Below are positions 32,380 through 42,138 of a stretch of DNA of 64,000 bases, piece after piece. The translations under genes were made by a program, and so were the position numbers. The notes under the pieces were generated by a model, which saw only the letters and a list, made by a program, of their open reading frames with translations, ran no database searches and was not told where the DNA came from. The stretch is from positions 40,568 to 104,567 of the forward strand of contig JBKHIT010000010.1 in assembly GCA_046538485.1 (NCBI GenBank). Reading direction: 5' to 3'. Numbering within the stretch: position 1 is the stretch's first letter; the number at the start of each line of letters is the position of its first letter. This stretch comes from Candidatus Brocadiia bacterium (lineage in GTDB: Bacteria; Planctomycetota; Brocadiia; SM23-32).

Positions 32380-33393
32380 TTAGAGCGATCGCCCGAGCGC
32401 CTCGGCAACTCCACGCAGTTCGCACATCAGTTTTCCGAATCCGTCCAGTGTGAGCGACTGGCCTCCATCGACAAGAGCCTGTTCGGGGTTTGGATGGGTT
32501 TCCACCAGTAGGCCATCGGCTCCAGCGGCGATTCCAGCGCGCGCCAGCGCGGCCACCAGACTGCGTTGCCCGGCTGAATGGCTGGGATCCACGATAACGG
32601 GCAAATGCGTCGCCTGTTTAAGGTATGCAAGAGCTCCGATCGACAGTGTGTAGCGGGTCTGCTGCTCGAAAGTTCGGATACCGCGGAGACACAGAATGAC
32701 CTCGGCGTTACCGTTTTTCAAAACATATTCGGCGGCAAGCAGAAGTTCATCCACCGTGGCGCTGATCCCCCGTTTCAGCAGAACGGGTTTATCGGTCTTA
32801 CCGACTTCCTCCAGCAGGACATAATTCTGCATGTTCCGGGCCCCGATCTGGAGCACATCCGCGCATTCAGCCACTTCTTCCACATCGCGGGGCGCCAGCA
32901 CCTCGGTCACCACAGGCAACCCCGTTTCTTCCCGCACGCTTGAGAGTATTTCCAGTCCTTTTCCCTGCAATCCCTGGAAGCTGTACGGGCTTGTGCGGGG
33001 TTTGTAGGCTCCCCCTCGGAGCGCCACGGCCCCGGCAGCTTTCACGCTTCGCGCCGCCTGCATCATCTGTTCCTCACTCTCCACAGCGCACGGGCCAGCA
33101 ATTACCGCGATACGGTTCCCGCCGACCACCTGCCCGTCGATGTGCACACGCGTGGCGTGATCGGAGATTTCCTGACTGGCCAATTTGTAGCGAGACAGAA
33201 TCGGCACAATGCGTTCCACTCCCGGCGTCGCCAGCCAGTAATCTTCGGGGATCTCACGTTTATCACCAATAGCTGCTATGACATTCCGTTTTTCTCCCCG
33301 CAGGAGAATGGCTTCCAATCCTTTTTCTTCCACACGGTCGATCGCATGGTGGATTTTATCTTCGTCCGCGTTCTGTTCCATGACAATTATCAT
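32380..33393 (-). CDS. aroF: 3-deoxy-7-phosphoheptulonate (DAHP) synthase, type I-beta with N-terminal regulatory domain
   Basis: IAGPCAVES, RGGAYKPRTSPYSFQG, QIGARNMQN, PVLLKRG, DPSH, ETHPNP. Confidence 0.95.
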   Translation of the reverse strand: MIIVMEQNADEDKIHHAIDRVEEKGLEAILLRGEKRNVIAAIGDKREIPEDYWLATPGVERIVPILSRYKLASQEISDHATRVHIDGQVVGGNRIAVIAGPCAVESEEQMMQAARSVKAAGAVALRGGAYKPRTSPYSFQGLQGKGLEILSSVREETGLPVVTEVLAPRDVEEVAECADVLQIGARNMQNYVLLEEVGKTDKPVLLKRGISATVDELLLAAEYVLKNGNAEVILCLRGIRTFEQQTRYTLSIGALAYLKQATHLPVIVDPSHSAGQRSLVAALARAGIAAGADGLLVETHPNPEQALVDGGQSLTLDGFGKLMCELRGVAEALGRSL

Positions 33394-33458
33394 TTTCTGT
33401 CTCTCCTTACTTCGCTCTTCCTGAGCGCCCGGTGTACCAACCGGCTTTGAATTGCAAC

Positions 33459-33490
33459 AAAAAAACCCCGAAGCCAGCTGACTTCGGGGT
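33459..33490 (-). terminator. Attenuator terminator upstream of DAHP synthase
   Basis: Minus strand ACCCCGAAGTCAGCTGGCTTCGGGGT followed by a T-run, between leader ORF and aroF. Confidence 0.85.
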
Positions 33491-33525
33491 AATAAATTGA
33501 AATCTCTCGTCAGGCTAATTACGGT

Positions 33526-33651
33526 TTACCCGCCGGCCAGCCTCCTTCCCTGAGGGGCAAAATAAAAATACCAAAACGCAAAGTATCGGCCCGCACGTAC
33601 GGACTCACCGTACGCAACACTTTCAGGGGCGATTTCTCTGTGTTCTGGCAT
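33526..33651 (-). CDS. Aromatic amino-acid leader peptide (41 aa, MPEHREIAPESVAYGESVRAGRYFAFWYFYFAPQGRRLAGG)
   Basis: GAGAGG RBS, ATG 33651, TAA 33526-33528; 8 of 9 consecutive codons are Tyr/Phe/Trp. Confidence 0.85.
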   Translation of the reverse strand: MPEHREIAPESVAYGESVRAGRYFAFWYFYFAPQGRRLAGG

Positions 33652-33686
33652 ACAATACCTCTCAATCAGAAGACCAACCACTTTCA

Positions 33687-33715
33687 ATCCTAGCGAAAGA
33701 AACGTCGTTTGTCAA
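33687..33715 (-). promoter_or_regulatory. sigma70 promoter of leader-aroF
   Basis: TTGACA-17 bp-TAGGAT on the minus strand just upstream of the leader ORF. Confidence 0.7.
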
Positions 33716-33732
33716 GGGTTTTGGGGAATAAG

Positions 33733-34039
33733 GTTTCCTTCGGAAAAGTCTTTTAAAGGCTGTCGTAATATAAACATCATGTTTAGTATCAATCATTCTG
33801 TAAACTTGCAACCGTGTTTATCGACCGCGTATCCTGCAGACTCGAGTTCAGCTGACCACGCACCAGCGGGCGAAACGGGACTTAAAGTGGGTAAATGCCG
33901 GAAAATGCCAGGTGGCTGTAGGCCCGCATCGCCGAGGTGGACCTGCCGTTCGTTGTTGGTCTTTTTTCTGCGAGGCCTGCGGGCTTTTGCGCCGCGTTCT
34001 GAACTCCAGCCTCCGACTGAAGTCCAGTCCGCTCGCGGG
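33733..34039 (-). repeat. Dispersed structured repeat family A, long variant
   Basis: Reverse complement aligns colinearly with ~16446-16750. Confidence 0.9.
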
Positions 34040-34340
34040 GCCTGGAAAGTAAGCTTGTTCCACTTCTCTTTTCGGCTTTTGGCACGCCCGGACTCCAGCA
34101 GAATTCCCCCACATTCCCGAGCGCTGCTCGGCACAAACTCCTCTCGACAAACCGTTTATTCCTCCCCGGAACGATTTCCCATCCAATTGGCGACATTTGA
34201 CATAGAGCTTCCGTGCAGTAGCATGTTGACAACTTTTATGCCAGGCGGCGCTATGAGCATGTTTTGATCCAGAAAAAAGCCTGCCCGGAACTCGCTTAGC
34301 TCCGCGCACCCAGCGTCGAGACTCCAGATAGGGGAAAATT

Positions 34341-37300
34341 ATGGGACGTCTGCTCTCGTGCCGAAGGCTGTGGACGTATTTCATTCTGTCTTGCTGTCTG
34401 TTTCCCTTCAGCCTCTCTTGCGCCGCCCGACCGACCGAGTTTACGGCTCGGCCCCAAGCTACGCTCGCAAAACTGCCGATGGCTCCCGAACAAACCAGGG
34501 CTGCATGGTCCGTCACGGGCAAGCTTGCGCCGGGGGAAGATGATATCCTCGGTAGTAAAACTTACGATGTGCTGGCCAGAGCTCGACTCGCGCTGCGTTC
34601 GGTTCAGGACTTTTCCGGCGCCTACACAGTGGAAGCTCTGGTGCGTTTCCCGGCAGCCTCGGGAAGACGTGGCCGCTCGGGGAACGCAAAACTCCGATGC
34701 GGAGTTACCCGGGAAGGTAAAAAAGTATCTTGGGACTGCCAGCTGTTTACCGCATGTGTAGGAAGGGCCGGATTTCGCGCCTCGGCACAGCTCAAACCGC
34801 ACATCTTCAGTTCTCTGAATAACGGCTTACCCCATCCGTTCAGAAGAAACGTGACCGCGCGTGAACGTTTCTCCGCAGATAAAATCTCCCCCGTCTGGCG
34901 CGAGCCGTTTCGCATCGAAGTGGAAAACGGCATGGCGGCGCTTCCGCCCGCAAAGGAACTGTGGCGCCGCATGCGCATCGAGATCCGCCCGGGCGCCGTA
35001 CGATTTTTTCTCGACGGTTTTCTCGTTGCGGCCTGTGATGATACGGGAGACGTGAAAGGCAAAGTTGATCTCATCGTGACCGGCGAGGCGCGCGTAGCAT
35101 CCATCGAGGTCCAGAAACTCGAACAGGAAGAAGAACCGTTCATCCCCGTGCCCCTCGACTCAGTTTGCAACGCCACCGGCCCGGTGGATCTCGCATCGCT
35201 GCCGAGCGCCGGACAGGTGGCCGTGGCAGAGGGGATTCCGTTTGTCTTCCCACATAAAATGTCGCGCGGCGACCATGTTGACGTCGGCCAGAGCCTGTTT
35301 CGCTATCGCATGGAACGCGGCTACCGGCCGGCAGCTCAGCCCCGCTCAACCTGGCCGGATCCCGCCCGGCTCGACCCCGCCAGGATCATGCTCCGCGTGC
35401 CGAACAAAACCTACAGGCGCCTGTGGATCGTCGCCGCGTCCGACGGAGAACCAAACAGCACGCCCGTGCTGACCGTCCGGTTCTTCCGGGTCGCCAGGGG
35501 GTGGGGATTAGATTCGGTCGCGCGCGTCCCGGAATTCACCGCCCGCACAGCAGCGGAGGACGCGCGCCGCATTCCCGTCAAAATGAAGGACGGCACCGAA
35601 GGAAACCTGTGGCTGCTACCCGTAGAAATCGACCCTTTCGCGCTGTCATCCGATTTTCGCAACGAGAAGCTTCTGCACATCGAGCTGACGAAAGAAATTA
35701 AGGACTTCCGCGCGTTTCCGGATCCGTGTAACTACGGCTCCTTCCAGGCCGGCTTGCCGAGCGCCGTGCGCGTTTATGCGCTGACTCTCGAGAAAGCTCC
35801 GATCTCCGTCATTGCCTCCTGCCCCCGCGCGGGAAATACCTACACCCATCCGGAGCGGCCGAAATGGGCCGTGACGGCCACCAACCAGACAGACCGCGCA
35901 TGCACTGCGAATATCCAGGTTAAAATACGGGGTCCGCAAACCGCGGGACAAAACTTCGAAAAATCGGATACCGACCACACACGGCGGACAACGCTTTCCA
36001 TACCGGCCGGTGGACGGACACGCGCGGAATTTGACCTGCCCGTCCCCGCGTGGGGGCTCCAAAGGATCTCGACATCCGTCAGTTGCGCTGACTTGACTCA
36101 GACCCGCGAGGGCACTTACCTTGTTCTGCCGCCGGACGAACGTAAGGAAAACGCCAAAACCAGCCGCTGGGGACTCTGGTGCTGGATGGGGGCCCACGGC
36201 ACCAACCCAAATGTGGACGATAACCTCCGACTTCTTTACCAGCTCGGGGCCCGTACGGGGGGCCGGGGTAACCACAAAGACCGCAAACGATGGGGAATTG
36301 GTCCAGATGCCATCCTCGCCCAACGCGGCACTGCTTCTTTTGCCACTGAGAACCCACACGACCCTGAGGAATATAAAAAATACAGTGAGACGTTCGGCCA
36401 GAAGGTCGCCGGGCTCAAGGAAAAGACCCCCGACCTCGAATATATCAGCATCTTCGCCGAGCACAGCATCTCGCTGCGGGTGACCCACGGACCGCCATGC
36501 TACGCCTGGGGGGAGGAAGAATGGTGGGAATACAACGAGAAGGAAAAGGCGCGTATCCGAAGCCACACCCTCGCCGCGAAAGCCGCCTTCGAAGGCGTCC
36601 GTAAATACGCCCCAAAGGTAAAGGTGTGTTTCGGCCACTGTGCACCGCAATTTGGAATACCTTTTATGCGCAAGAATTTCCCGAAAGAACTGTTCGATGC
36701 CTTCGGGATGGACAGCCCACAATTCGAGCGTATGCCGGAGCGCCCACCACGGGCCGTCGAGCCCAATCTGTTGTACTTCATGGACCAGGAAATGAAGAAC
36801 TGGGGCTACGAAGGCAAAGAACGGGTGCACCTGGAATCGTATTTTCCGTCCAGCCACCGGCTGGCGCTTGGACATCGCGTGGCAGCGGACCACATCGTGC
36901 GCACAGCGGTCCTATCGCTGGCGCTGGGCAGCGACCGCTTTCTTAGCTGCTGGTCGCTGCACGACTGCGAGGACTACTGGGGCACCCAGCATTACGGGTG
37001 TGTCGGGCTGATCGGGCGTGGGCCTGAGTTCAACCCGAAACCAGGCGCCGCAGCATTCGCCACGATGACGCAGTTGCTCGACTCATGCCAGTACGATGGC
37101 TGGCTGCCGACCGGCTCACGCTCGGTTTACTGCGTGCGTTTTAAAGGGCCGAAACGCCGTGTCTACTGTCTGTGGACGGTGCGTGGAAGACGGAGCATAA
37201 CTCTGGATGCAACGCCGGAAACCGAGCTGACAGTTCTTGATGAGAACAGCAATGAGATTCCAGATCCCCCCGTGTTAACCCCCACACCGGTATGGATTAT

Positions 37301-38447
37301 CGCAAGGGGAGGCAAAATCAAAAGCGCCCGGGTGAACCCGGCAGGAAAAGCAGGGGGAACTCCCGCTTCCAGCGAAAAATCATCTCCGCACCGGATACCG
37401 CTTGAAAATTTTGAGAACTTCCACTGGACCTCCAGCTCCAAACCCTACCCGCGCTTTGCAGAGAACCACTGGGATGTGCGTCGATATTCCGCCACAATGG
37501 ATTCGGAGACGGTCATCTCCAGCCAGCGTGATGGCTCGAAAGTCTGGCGCCTGACGCTAAACGAGGCGCCCAAAAAGAAGCCCTTCGTCGGCTGGTACCA
37601 GGTCTTCACCCCGCCGAAACCAATCCTCATCCCCGGCAGGGCAGAGGCTCTTGGTATATGGGCAAACGGCAACTCGGGCTGGGGACGGATCGTCTATGAA
37701 GTGGTCGATGCAAAGGGCGAAACTTACCTGAGCTGCGGCACAAAGGATGCATGGAACTGCGACGACGTGCATTCCTGGTCGTATTTCAATTTCGACGGCT
37801 GGCGCTACATGGAATTCCCGCTCCCCTCGAACGAGCCCGGCGATAACTACCGCGATGCAGATTACGTGTGGTGGGGACATGATGGCGAAGGAATCGTTGA
37901 CCTGCCGCTGAAATTATCCAAAATCATCATCGAAATGCCCACGCACCAGATCTACGTCGATCAGGTGCTGCCGGTTGACAATCTGAAAATTGAGTTGGAC
38001 GACCTGATTGCCGTGTATGGTAGCGCGAAGATGATGACCGAGGCACCCATTAAGATTCAGCGGGCAGCTGCCAGAACTCAAAAAATTGAAGCGCGAGGCA
38101 CGATCCTGTCCAACCCGCTCGAAGATCTGAAAAAGAATGGCATCGGCAACCCCACAAAAATCGTAAAACTCTACCCGCCCGAGGAACGACACGATGGAAC
38201 GCGCGTCCACGTGTCCATTGAACCCGTTGGTGGCGCGAAACAATACCAGGTATGGGTCTCAGCCTATCCGGACGGACGCGGCGCACAGATACTGGCGCGC
38301 ACGAAAGACACCGAGCCGCTTGTCAGACGCCTGCGCCCAAGCGTGCCGTTCTATTTCTTCGTGACTTACAAGGATGCCGACGGCAAAACCTCGAAACCTT
38401 CACCCGCACGGAAGACTGTGCTCAAAGACGAATTCCCCATGAAATAG
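34341..38447 (+). CDS. Large secreted protein, possible multi-domain glycoside hydrolase
   Basis: 1368-aa ORF with signal-like N-terminus; HYGCVGLI..FNPKPGAAAFATM resembles the end of a GH-A barrel; beta-rich flanking domains. Confidence 0.6.
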   Translation: MGRLLSCRRLWTYFILSCCLFPFSLSCAARPTEFTARPQATLAKLPMAPEQTRAAWSVTGKLAPGEDDILGSKTYDVLARARLALRSVQDFSGAYTVEALVRFPAASGRRGRSGNAKLRCGVTREGKKVSWDCQLFTACVGRAGFRASAQLKPHIFSSLNNGLPHPFRRNVTARERFSADKISPVWREPFRIEVENGMAALPPAKELWRRMRIEIRPGAVRFFLDGFLVAACDDTGDVKGKVDLIVTGEARVASIEVQKLEQEEEPFIPVPLDSVCNATGPVDLASLPSAGQVAVAEGIPFVFPHKMSRGDHVDVGQSLFRYRMERGYRPAAQPRSTWPDPARLDPARIMLRVPNKTYRRLWIVAASDGEPNSTPVLTVRFFRVARGWGLDSVARVPEFTARTAAEDARRIPVKMKDGTEGNLWLLPVEIDPFALSSDFRNEKLLHIELTKEIKDFRAFPDPCNYGSFQAGLPSAVRVYALTLEKAPISVIASCPRAGNTYTHPERPKWAVTATNQTDRACTANIQVKIRGPQTAGQNFEKSDTDHTRRTTLSIPAGGRTRAEFDLPVPAWGLQRISTSVSCADLTQTREGTYLVLPPDERKENAKTSRWGLWCWMGAHGTNPNVDDNLRLLYQLGARTGGRGNHKDRKRWGIGPDAILAQRGTASFATENPHDPEEYKKYSETFGQKVAGLKEKTPDLEYISIFAEHSISLRVTHGPPCYAWGEEEWWEYNEKEKARIRSHTLAAKAAFEGVRKYAPKVKVCFGHCAPQFGIPFMRKNFPKELFDAFGMDSPQFERMPERPPRAVEPNLLYFMDQEMKNWGYEGKERVHLESYFPSSHRLALGHRVAADHIVRTAVLSLALGSDRFLSCWSLHDCEDYWGTQHYGCVGLIGRGPEFNPKPGAAAFATMTQLLDSCQYDGWLPTGSRSVYCVRFKGPKRRVYCLWTVRGRRSITLDATPETELTVLDENSNEIPDPPVLTPTPVWIIARGGKIKSARVNPAGKAGGTPASSEKSSPHRIPLENFENFHWTSSSKPYPRFAENHWDVRRYSATMDSETVISSQRDGSKVWRLTLNEAPKKKPFVGWYQVFTPPKPILIPGRAEALGIWANGNSGWGRIVYEVVDAKGETYLSCGTKDAWNCDDVHSWSYFNFDGWRYMEFPLPSNEPGDNYRDADYVWWGHDGEGIVDLPLKLSKIIIEMPTHQIYVDQVLPVDNLKIELDDLIAVYGSAKMMTEAPIKIQRAAARTQKIEARGTILSNPLEDLKKNGIGNPTKIVKLYPPEERHDGTRVHVSIEPVGGAKQYQVWVSAYPDGRGAQILARTKDTEPLVRRLRPSVPFYFFVTYKDADGKTSKPSPARKTVLKDEFPMK

Positions 38448-38471
38448 CCACCTGGTTTTTCCGTGTTACGG

Positions 38472-38576
38472 CTGGCCCGGATTTTTTGGCATAGAAGCGC
38501 TTTCAACGGTATCCAGAAAACAAGAGTCCTGCGATTTGCAATAATCGGCTCATTTTATCCGTAAAATCCGGGCCAG
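38472..38576. repeat. ~105-bp MITE-like element (copy 2)
   Basis: CTGGCCCGGATTTT...AAAATCCGGGCCAG perfect 14-bp TIR; homologous to 3620-3722. Confidence 0.75.
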
Positions 38577-38784
38577 TAGTGTATGACAATTGAATCTATG
38601 AGTCAGGCGCAATGACCATATAGCAGTTCAAAATGTCATTGCGAATGGGCGGAGCCTTCGCGGCAATCTCGCTGTTTGGTGACGTCGTCCGCCCCCGTTT
38701 CCGCGAAAATCAAAAGTCTTGAACCACTGGTTTCGATTCAGTCGTGCTGTCGTGGTCCGAGCATACAAAAACCGGAAACTCAAA

Positions 38785-40173
38785 TCAGCTAATCCATCCG
38801 GGCGCCGAATCATCAGGAGTGCCGTAGGCGGCAAAAACTTTGTTGATCCCGGCGGCAATATTTTGGCAATCTTCTTCAGTATACCACTGGTTGAGAGAAA
38901 CCGACACCATGCGGTCGAAAAGATCGTCAGCCACCGGACATTCACCCCGGTCGTAATTCACCTCCCCGCCACGCTCTTTGTAAATCGGGCATTCAAACGG
39001 ACAATTAACTTCCGTCGGCCCCTTCTTCAATGTTATCGGAAACATGTGCGAGTACTGATGCCAATCCGGACCGGCCTCAGGGCCGCGCATCCCACAGCCA
39101 ATACCTTCAGCATTGAGGGCCTCAACAATTTTGGCGCCAAGCTCATGAGTTTCGGGATAGAACCGCAGCACATACCCCACTTCCCCGTCAGGATCATTGA
39201 GTTTCTGGGGGGTAATCTCCCGGAAACTCTTAAGATCCTTTAGAATACGTCGTTTCACCGTACGAAAACGGTTCACCGCATCGGAGAGTTTCGTCAGCTG
39301 GACGGCATCGATAGCAGCCTCCAGTTCCGACATGCGATAATTCAGACCCGGAAAAAGCTCTCTCTGATATCGAGGAACCGCAAACCGCTCTGGCCGCCAG
39401 AGCCCGCCGCCTTCGGCCAGCTGGTTTGCGCGTTGCCAGACTTCTTTATCATTTGTGATCATCAATCCCCCTTCGCCGCCACCAACGATCTTGTACGCTG
39501 ATATACTGAAACACCCGGCATCGCCGAACGTACCGATGGCTTTGCCGTGAAACTCAGCGCCGCATGATTGAGCACAGTCTTCCACCACTTTCAGATCGTG
39601 CTCCTCTGCCACTGCCATCACTGATTCCATATCGCAGACGCTTCCGATCACAGCCGTGGGGGCGATCGCAACGGTCCTCGGTGTAATGCAATCTTCGATT
39701 TTTTGCGGATCGATGGACAGGGATTCGTCGACGTCGCAGAAAACGGGAATTGCTCCCGCCGCGACAACCGCCATGGCCGTGGCCATGAAACCGATCGCCG
39801 GGCAGATCACTTCCGTTCCGGGACCTGCGCCGACGGCGACAAAGGCTGCGTGGAGGGCCGATGTGCCGGAATTCACGCCAAGCGCATAATCCGTGCCGAA
39901 AACCTCCCGCGCCGTTTTTTCAAATTTCTCCACACAGGTTTCTTCAAGACCGGAATAATAATTGGCCAGAAACGGACCGGCGCCCAAATCCTCACCTCTT
40001 ATGATATCTTCTATCTGCTCGAGAGCGGACTCGCTGAAACCAAAACGACGCGCAACCGCCATGAATTCTTCGGGCCCTATTTTGGGCTCACCTTTGCCTT
40101 CAATACTGCTGACAGCTTTCATTCCTCCCTGAAGCGCAAGCCGCTGATCTTCCCGGTGGTTTGTCTCAACCAT
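38785..40173 (-). CDS. DegT/DnrJ/EryC1/StrS-family PLP aminotransferase
   Basis: VNSGTSALHAA, GAIPVFCDVD, VEDCAQSCG, CFSISAYKIVGGGEGG, NYRMSEL. Confidence 0.92.
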   Translation of the reverse strand: MVETNHREDQRLALQGGMKAVSSIEGKGEPKIGPEEFMAVARRFGFSESALEQIEDIIRGEDLGAGPFLANYYSGLEETCVEKFEKTAREVFGTDYALGVNSGTSALHAAFVAVGAGPGTEVICPAIGFMATAMAVVAAGAIPVFCDVDESLSIDPQKIEDCITPRTVAIAPTAVIGSVCDMESVMAVAEEHDLKVVEDCAQSCGAEFHGKAIGTFGDAGCFSISAYKIVGGGEGGLMITNDKEVWQRANQLAEGGGLWRPERFAVPRYQRELFPGLNYRMSELEAAIDAVQLTKLSDAVNRFRTVKRRILKDLKSFREITPQKLNDPDGEVGYVLRFYPETHELGAKIVEALNAEGIGCGMRGPEAGPDWHQYSHMFPITLKKGPTEVNCPFECPIYKERGGEVNYDRGECPVADDLFDRMVSVSLNQWYTEEDCQNIAAGINKVFAAYGTPDDSAPGWIS

Positions 40174-40748
40174 GGAACCGACTCCTCTTGAAATAAGATA
40201 TAATGGCACGACAAATTCTACGGGTTACAGCTCAAAGCAGCAACCAGATGCGGCGGTTCTCCAGGTTAAACCTGCGTTCGGGCGGTCCATTCACATCTTT
40301 GGGGCTTCTGTTTTTGCTGTATTTTCCACTCTCTACTTTCTCCTGCTCTACCGATTTCATCTTCGCAAAATGAATTCGGTTGCCCTACATCTACGTCGCG
40401 TCCCGGATACGTGAGGGCGGGGGATATTCCAGGAAATATTCCGTCTCCAGAGAGGTTGGATGCATCCTGAAGCCAGGTCTGTGGTGGACCTTCAGCCCAC
40501 CATTTCTTCGCGCATACCCGTACCCCAGGGCGCCGAAGACTTTCAGTCCTCTGTACCCTGGGCTGTTATCTGCCGGGGCGTTGCCCCTGAGAATCGCTTT
40601 CCCGGAAATCCTGTCATTGCAATACGCCGTGCGGCGAGTACCTGTGTAGCCTTCTGCCGTACCGTGAGCTACAACCGCATGTGGCTGGCCAAACACCGGG
40701 CCAGCGCTCCGTGCCGGGGGACACCCAAATCCCGTCCCCCGGGATGTT

Positions 40749-42062
40749 TCAACATAACATATCGAAGGCCGGTTCAATTTCAGCTCTTTCCCGCTCCAGA
40801 CGTCCCACCACATGATTGGGGGAAAGTTCGGCCGGAGTCGTGCCTTCCTCCAAACTCAGCGCCGCTGCCAGGCCGGCCGCTTCCCCGGTACTCTGGCACG
40901 TCTGCTGAATACGCAACGAAGACTGCGCATGATGCTCCGCCGAGATGCAGCGTCCGCCCATCAACAGGTTATCAATTCCTTTTGCCACGATGGCGCCATA
41001 ACGAATGTCAAAATAGTCCCCTTCTGCCGCCAGCCGGCGACGGGGGATATAGTTTTCATCTTGATAATCGACGACTTTACGGGACCCTTCTTCGGCACGA
41101 TGAATGTCGATCTCCCAAGAAGAGCGGGCGATGGCGTCGGGATATTTGTTGAACTCCCACGCATCGTCAGCCGTCGCCGTCGCCAGACCATGGATTCGCC
41201 GGCTGGACCGCACACCTGGTTCATCCGCAATGTTCGCAAGGTAAACATCATCGGAAGCGTCCTGCTGCTTCTTGCTCTGAAACCTTTCCCAGATCTGAGA
41301 TCTCCCCTCGCGGACGGCACGCGTCAGATCGGCGGGATTGAGCGGATCGACCTCCAGCAAACGCAACAAACCGGCCTGGAATAATGGTGCGATGGCAAGA
41401 CTCCGCCCCGTCCCACCAACGGGATTTGTCTGCCCCGGCTCGTATTCTTCTGAAGTCTTAACGCCCCCATAATACGCGTTCAGGGAAACGGCCATTGCCC
41501 AGGAATTCCCGTCTACACCATGATCAAATGGCACACCGGCTGCTGCGCAAATCGTACCATCACCCGTCGCATCGACAATCCTCTTCGCAAAAAGTGCCGT
41601 CCGACCGCCTCTCGATTCGACCACAATTCCTCGTGCCGTATCATCTTCGACAATCGTATCAGTGGCAAGAACGAAATGCAGGATCTCAGCTCCGGCGTCG
41701 GTCAGCAGATCATCCCACGCAAACGGGACACGGGTCGGATCCAGCGATCCCACAATCCAGGGGAAGCCCTCTCGGTCCTGACGGGACAGGGACGATATTC
41801 CGTCGTACTTCTGAAGCTGTCGCGCCCAATCGTGCCAGATCCCCTGAAAATCTACGCCGTTTGTGCTGAGAACCGAAAGAACGTTCTGGGTCACAGGCGC
41901 ACCGCCCAACGCACCATGTTTTTCAATCAGAAGGGTATGCGCACCCTGCCGGGCGGAGGCGAGGGCCGCTGCGCAACCTGCAGGGCCGCCCCCGCAGACG
42001 ATAACATCGTACTCGCCGAGGACGGGGATTTCTCTTCCGGGTTCGCTGTAGGTTTCTGGCAT
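40749..42062 (-). CDS. FAD-dependent oxidoreductase
   Basis: YDVIVCGGGPAG, VDATGDG, GVRSSRRI, NLLMGGRCIS, GEAAGLAAAL. Confidence 0.9.
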   Translation of the reverse strand: MPETYSEPGREIPVLGEYDVIVCGGGPAGCAAALASARQGAHTLLIEKHGALGGAPVTQNVLSVLSTNGVDFQGIWHDWARQLQKYDGISSLSRQDREGFPWIVGSLDPTRVPFAWDDLLTDAGAEILHFVLATDTIVEDDTARGIVVESRGGRTALFAKRIVDATGDGTICAAAGVPFDHGVDGNSWAMAVSLNAYYGGVKTSEEYEPGQTNPVGGTGRSLAIAPLFQAGLLRLLEVDPLNPADLTRAVREGRSQIWERFQSKKQQDASDDVYLANIADEPGVRSSRRIHGLATATADDAWEFNKYPDAIARSSWEIDIHRAEEGSRKVVDYQDENYIPRRRLAAEGDYFDIRYGAIVAKGIDNLLMGGRCISAEHHAQSSLRIQQTCQSTGEAAGLAAALSLEEGTTPAELSPNHVVGRLERERAEIEPAFDMLC

Positions 42063-42138
42063 CTTGCTGTTTCCTCTCTGGAACGGCAGGGACAGAAGGG
42101 ACGTAAAGGACTTAAGGGACCGGGTTCTGAAATACCTT

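Noticed and set aside
13337..34267. Short ORFs over repeat family A (e.g. 16336-16692, 33793-34134) as a paralogous protein family
   Set aside because: Their similarity comes from the DNA repeat; ORF starts and ends differ between copies and no RBS or domain is evident
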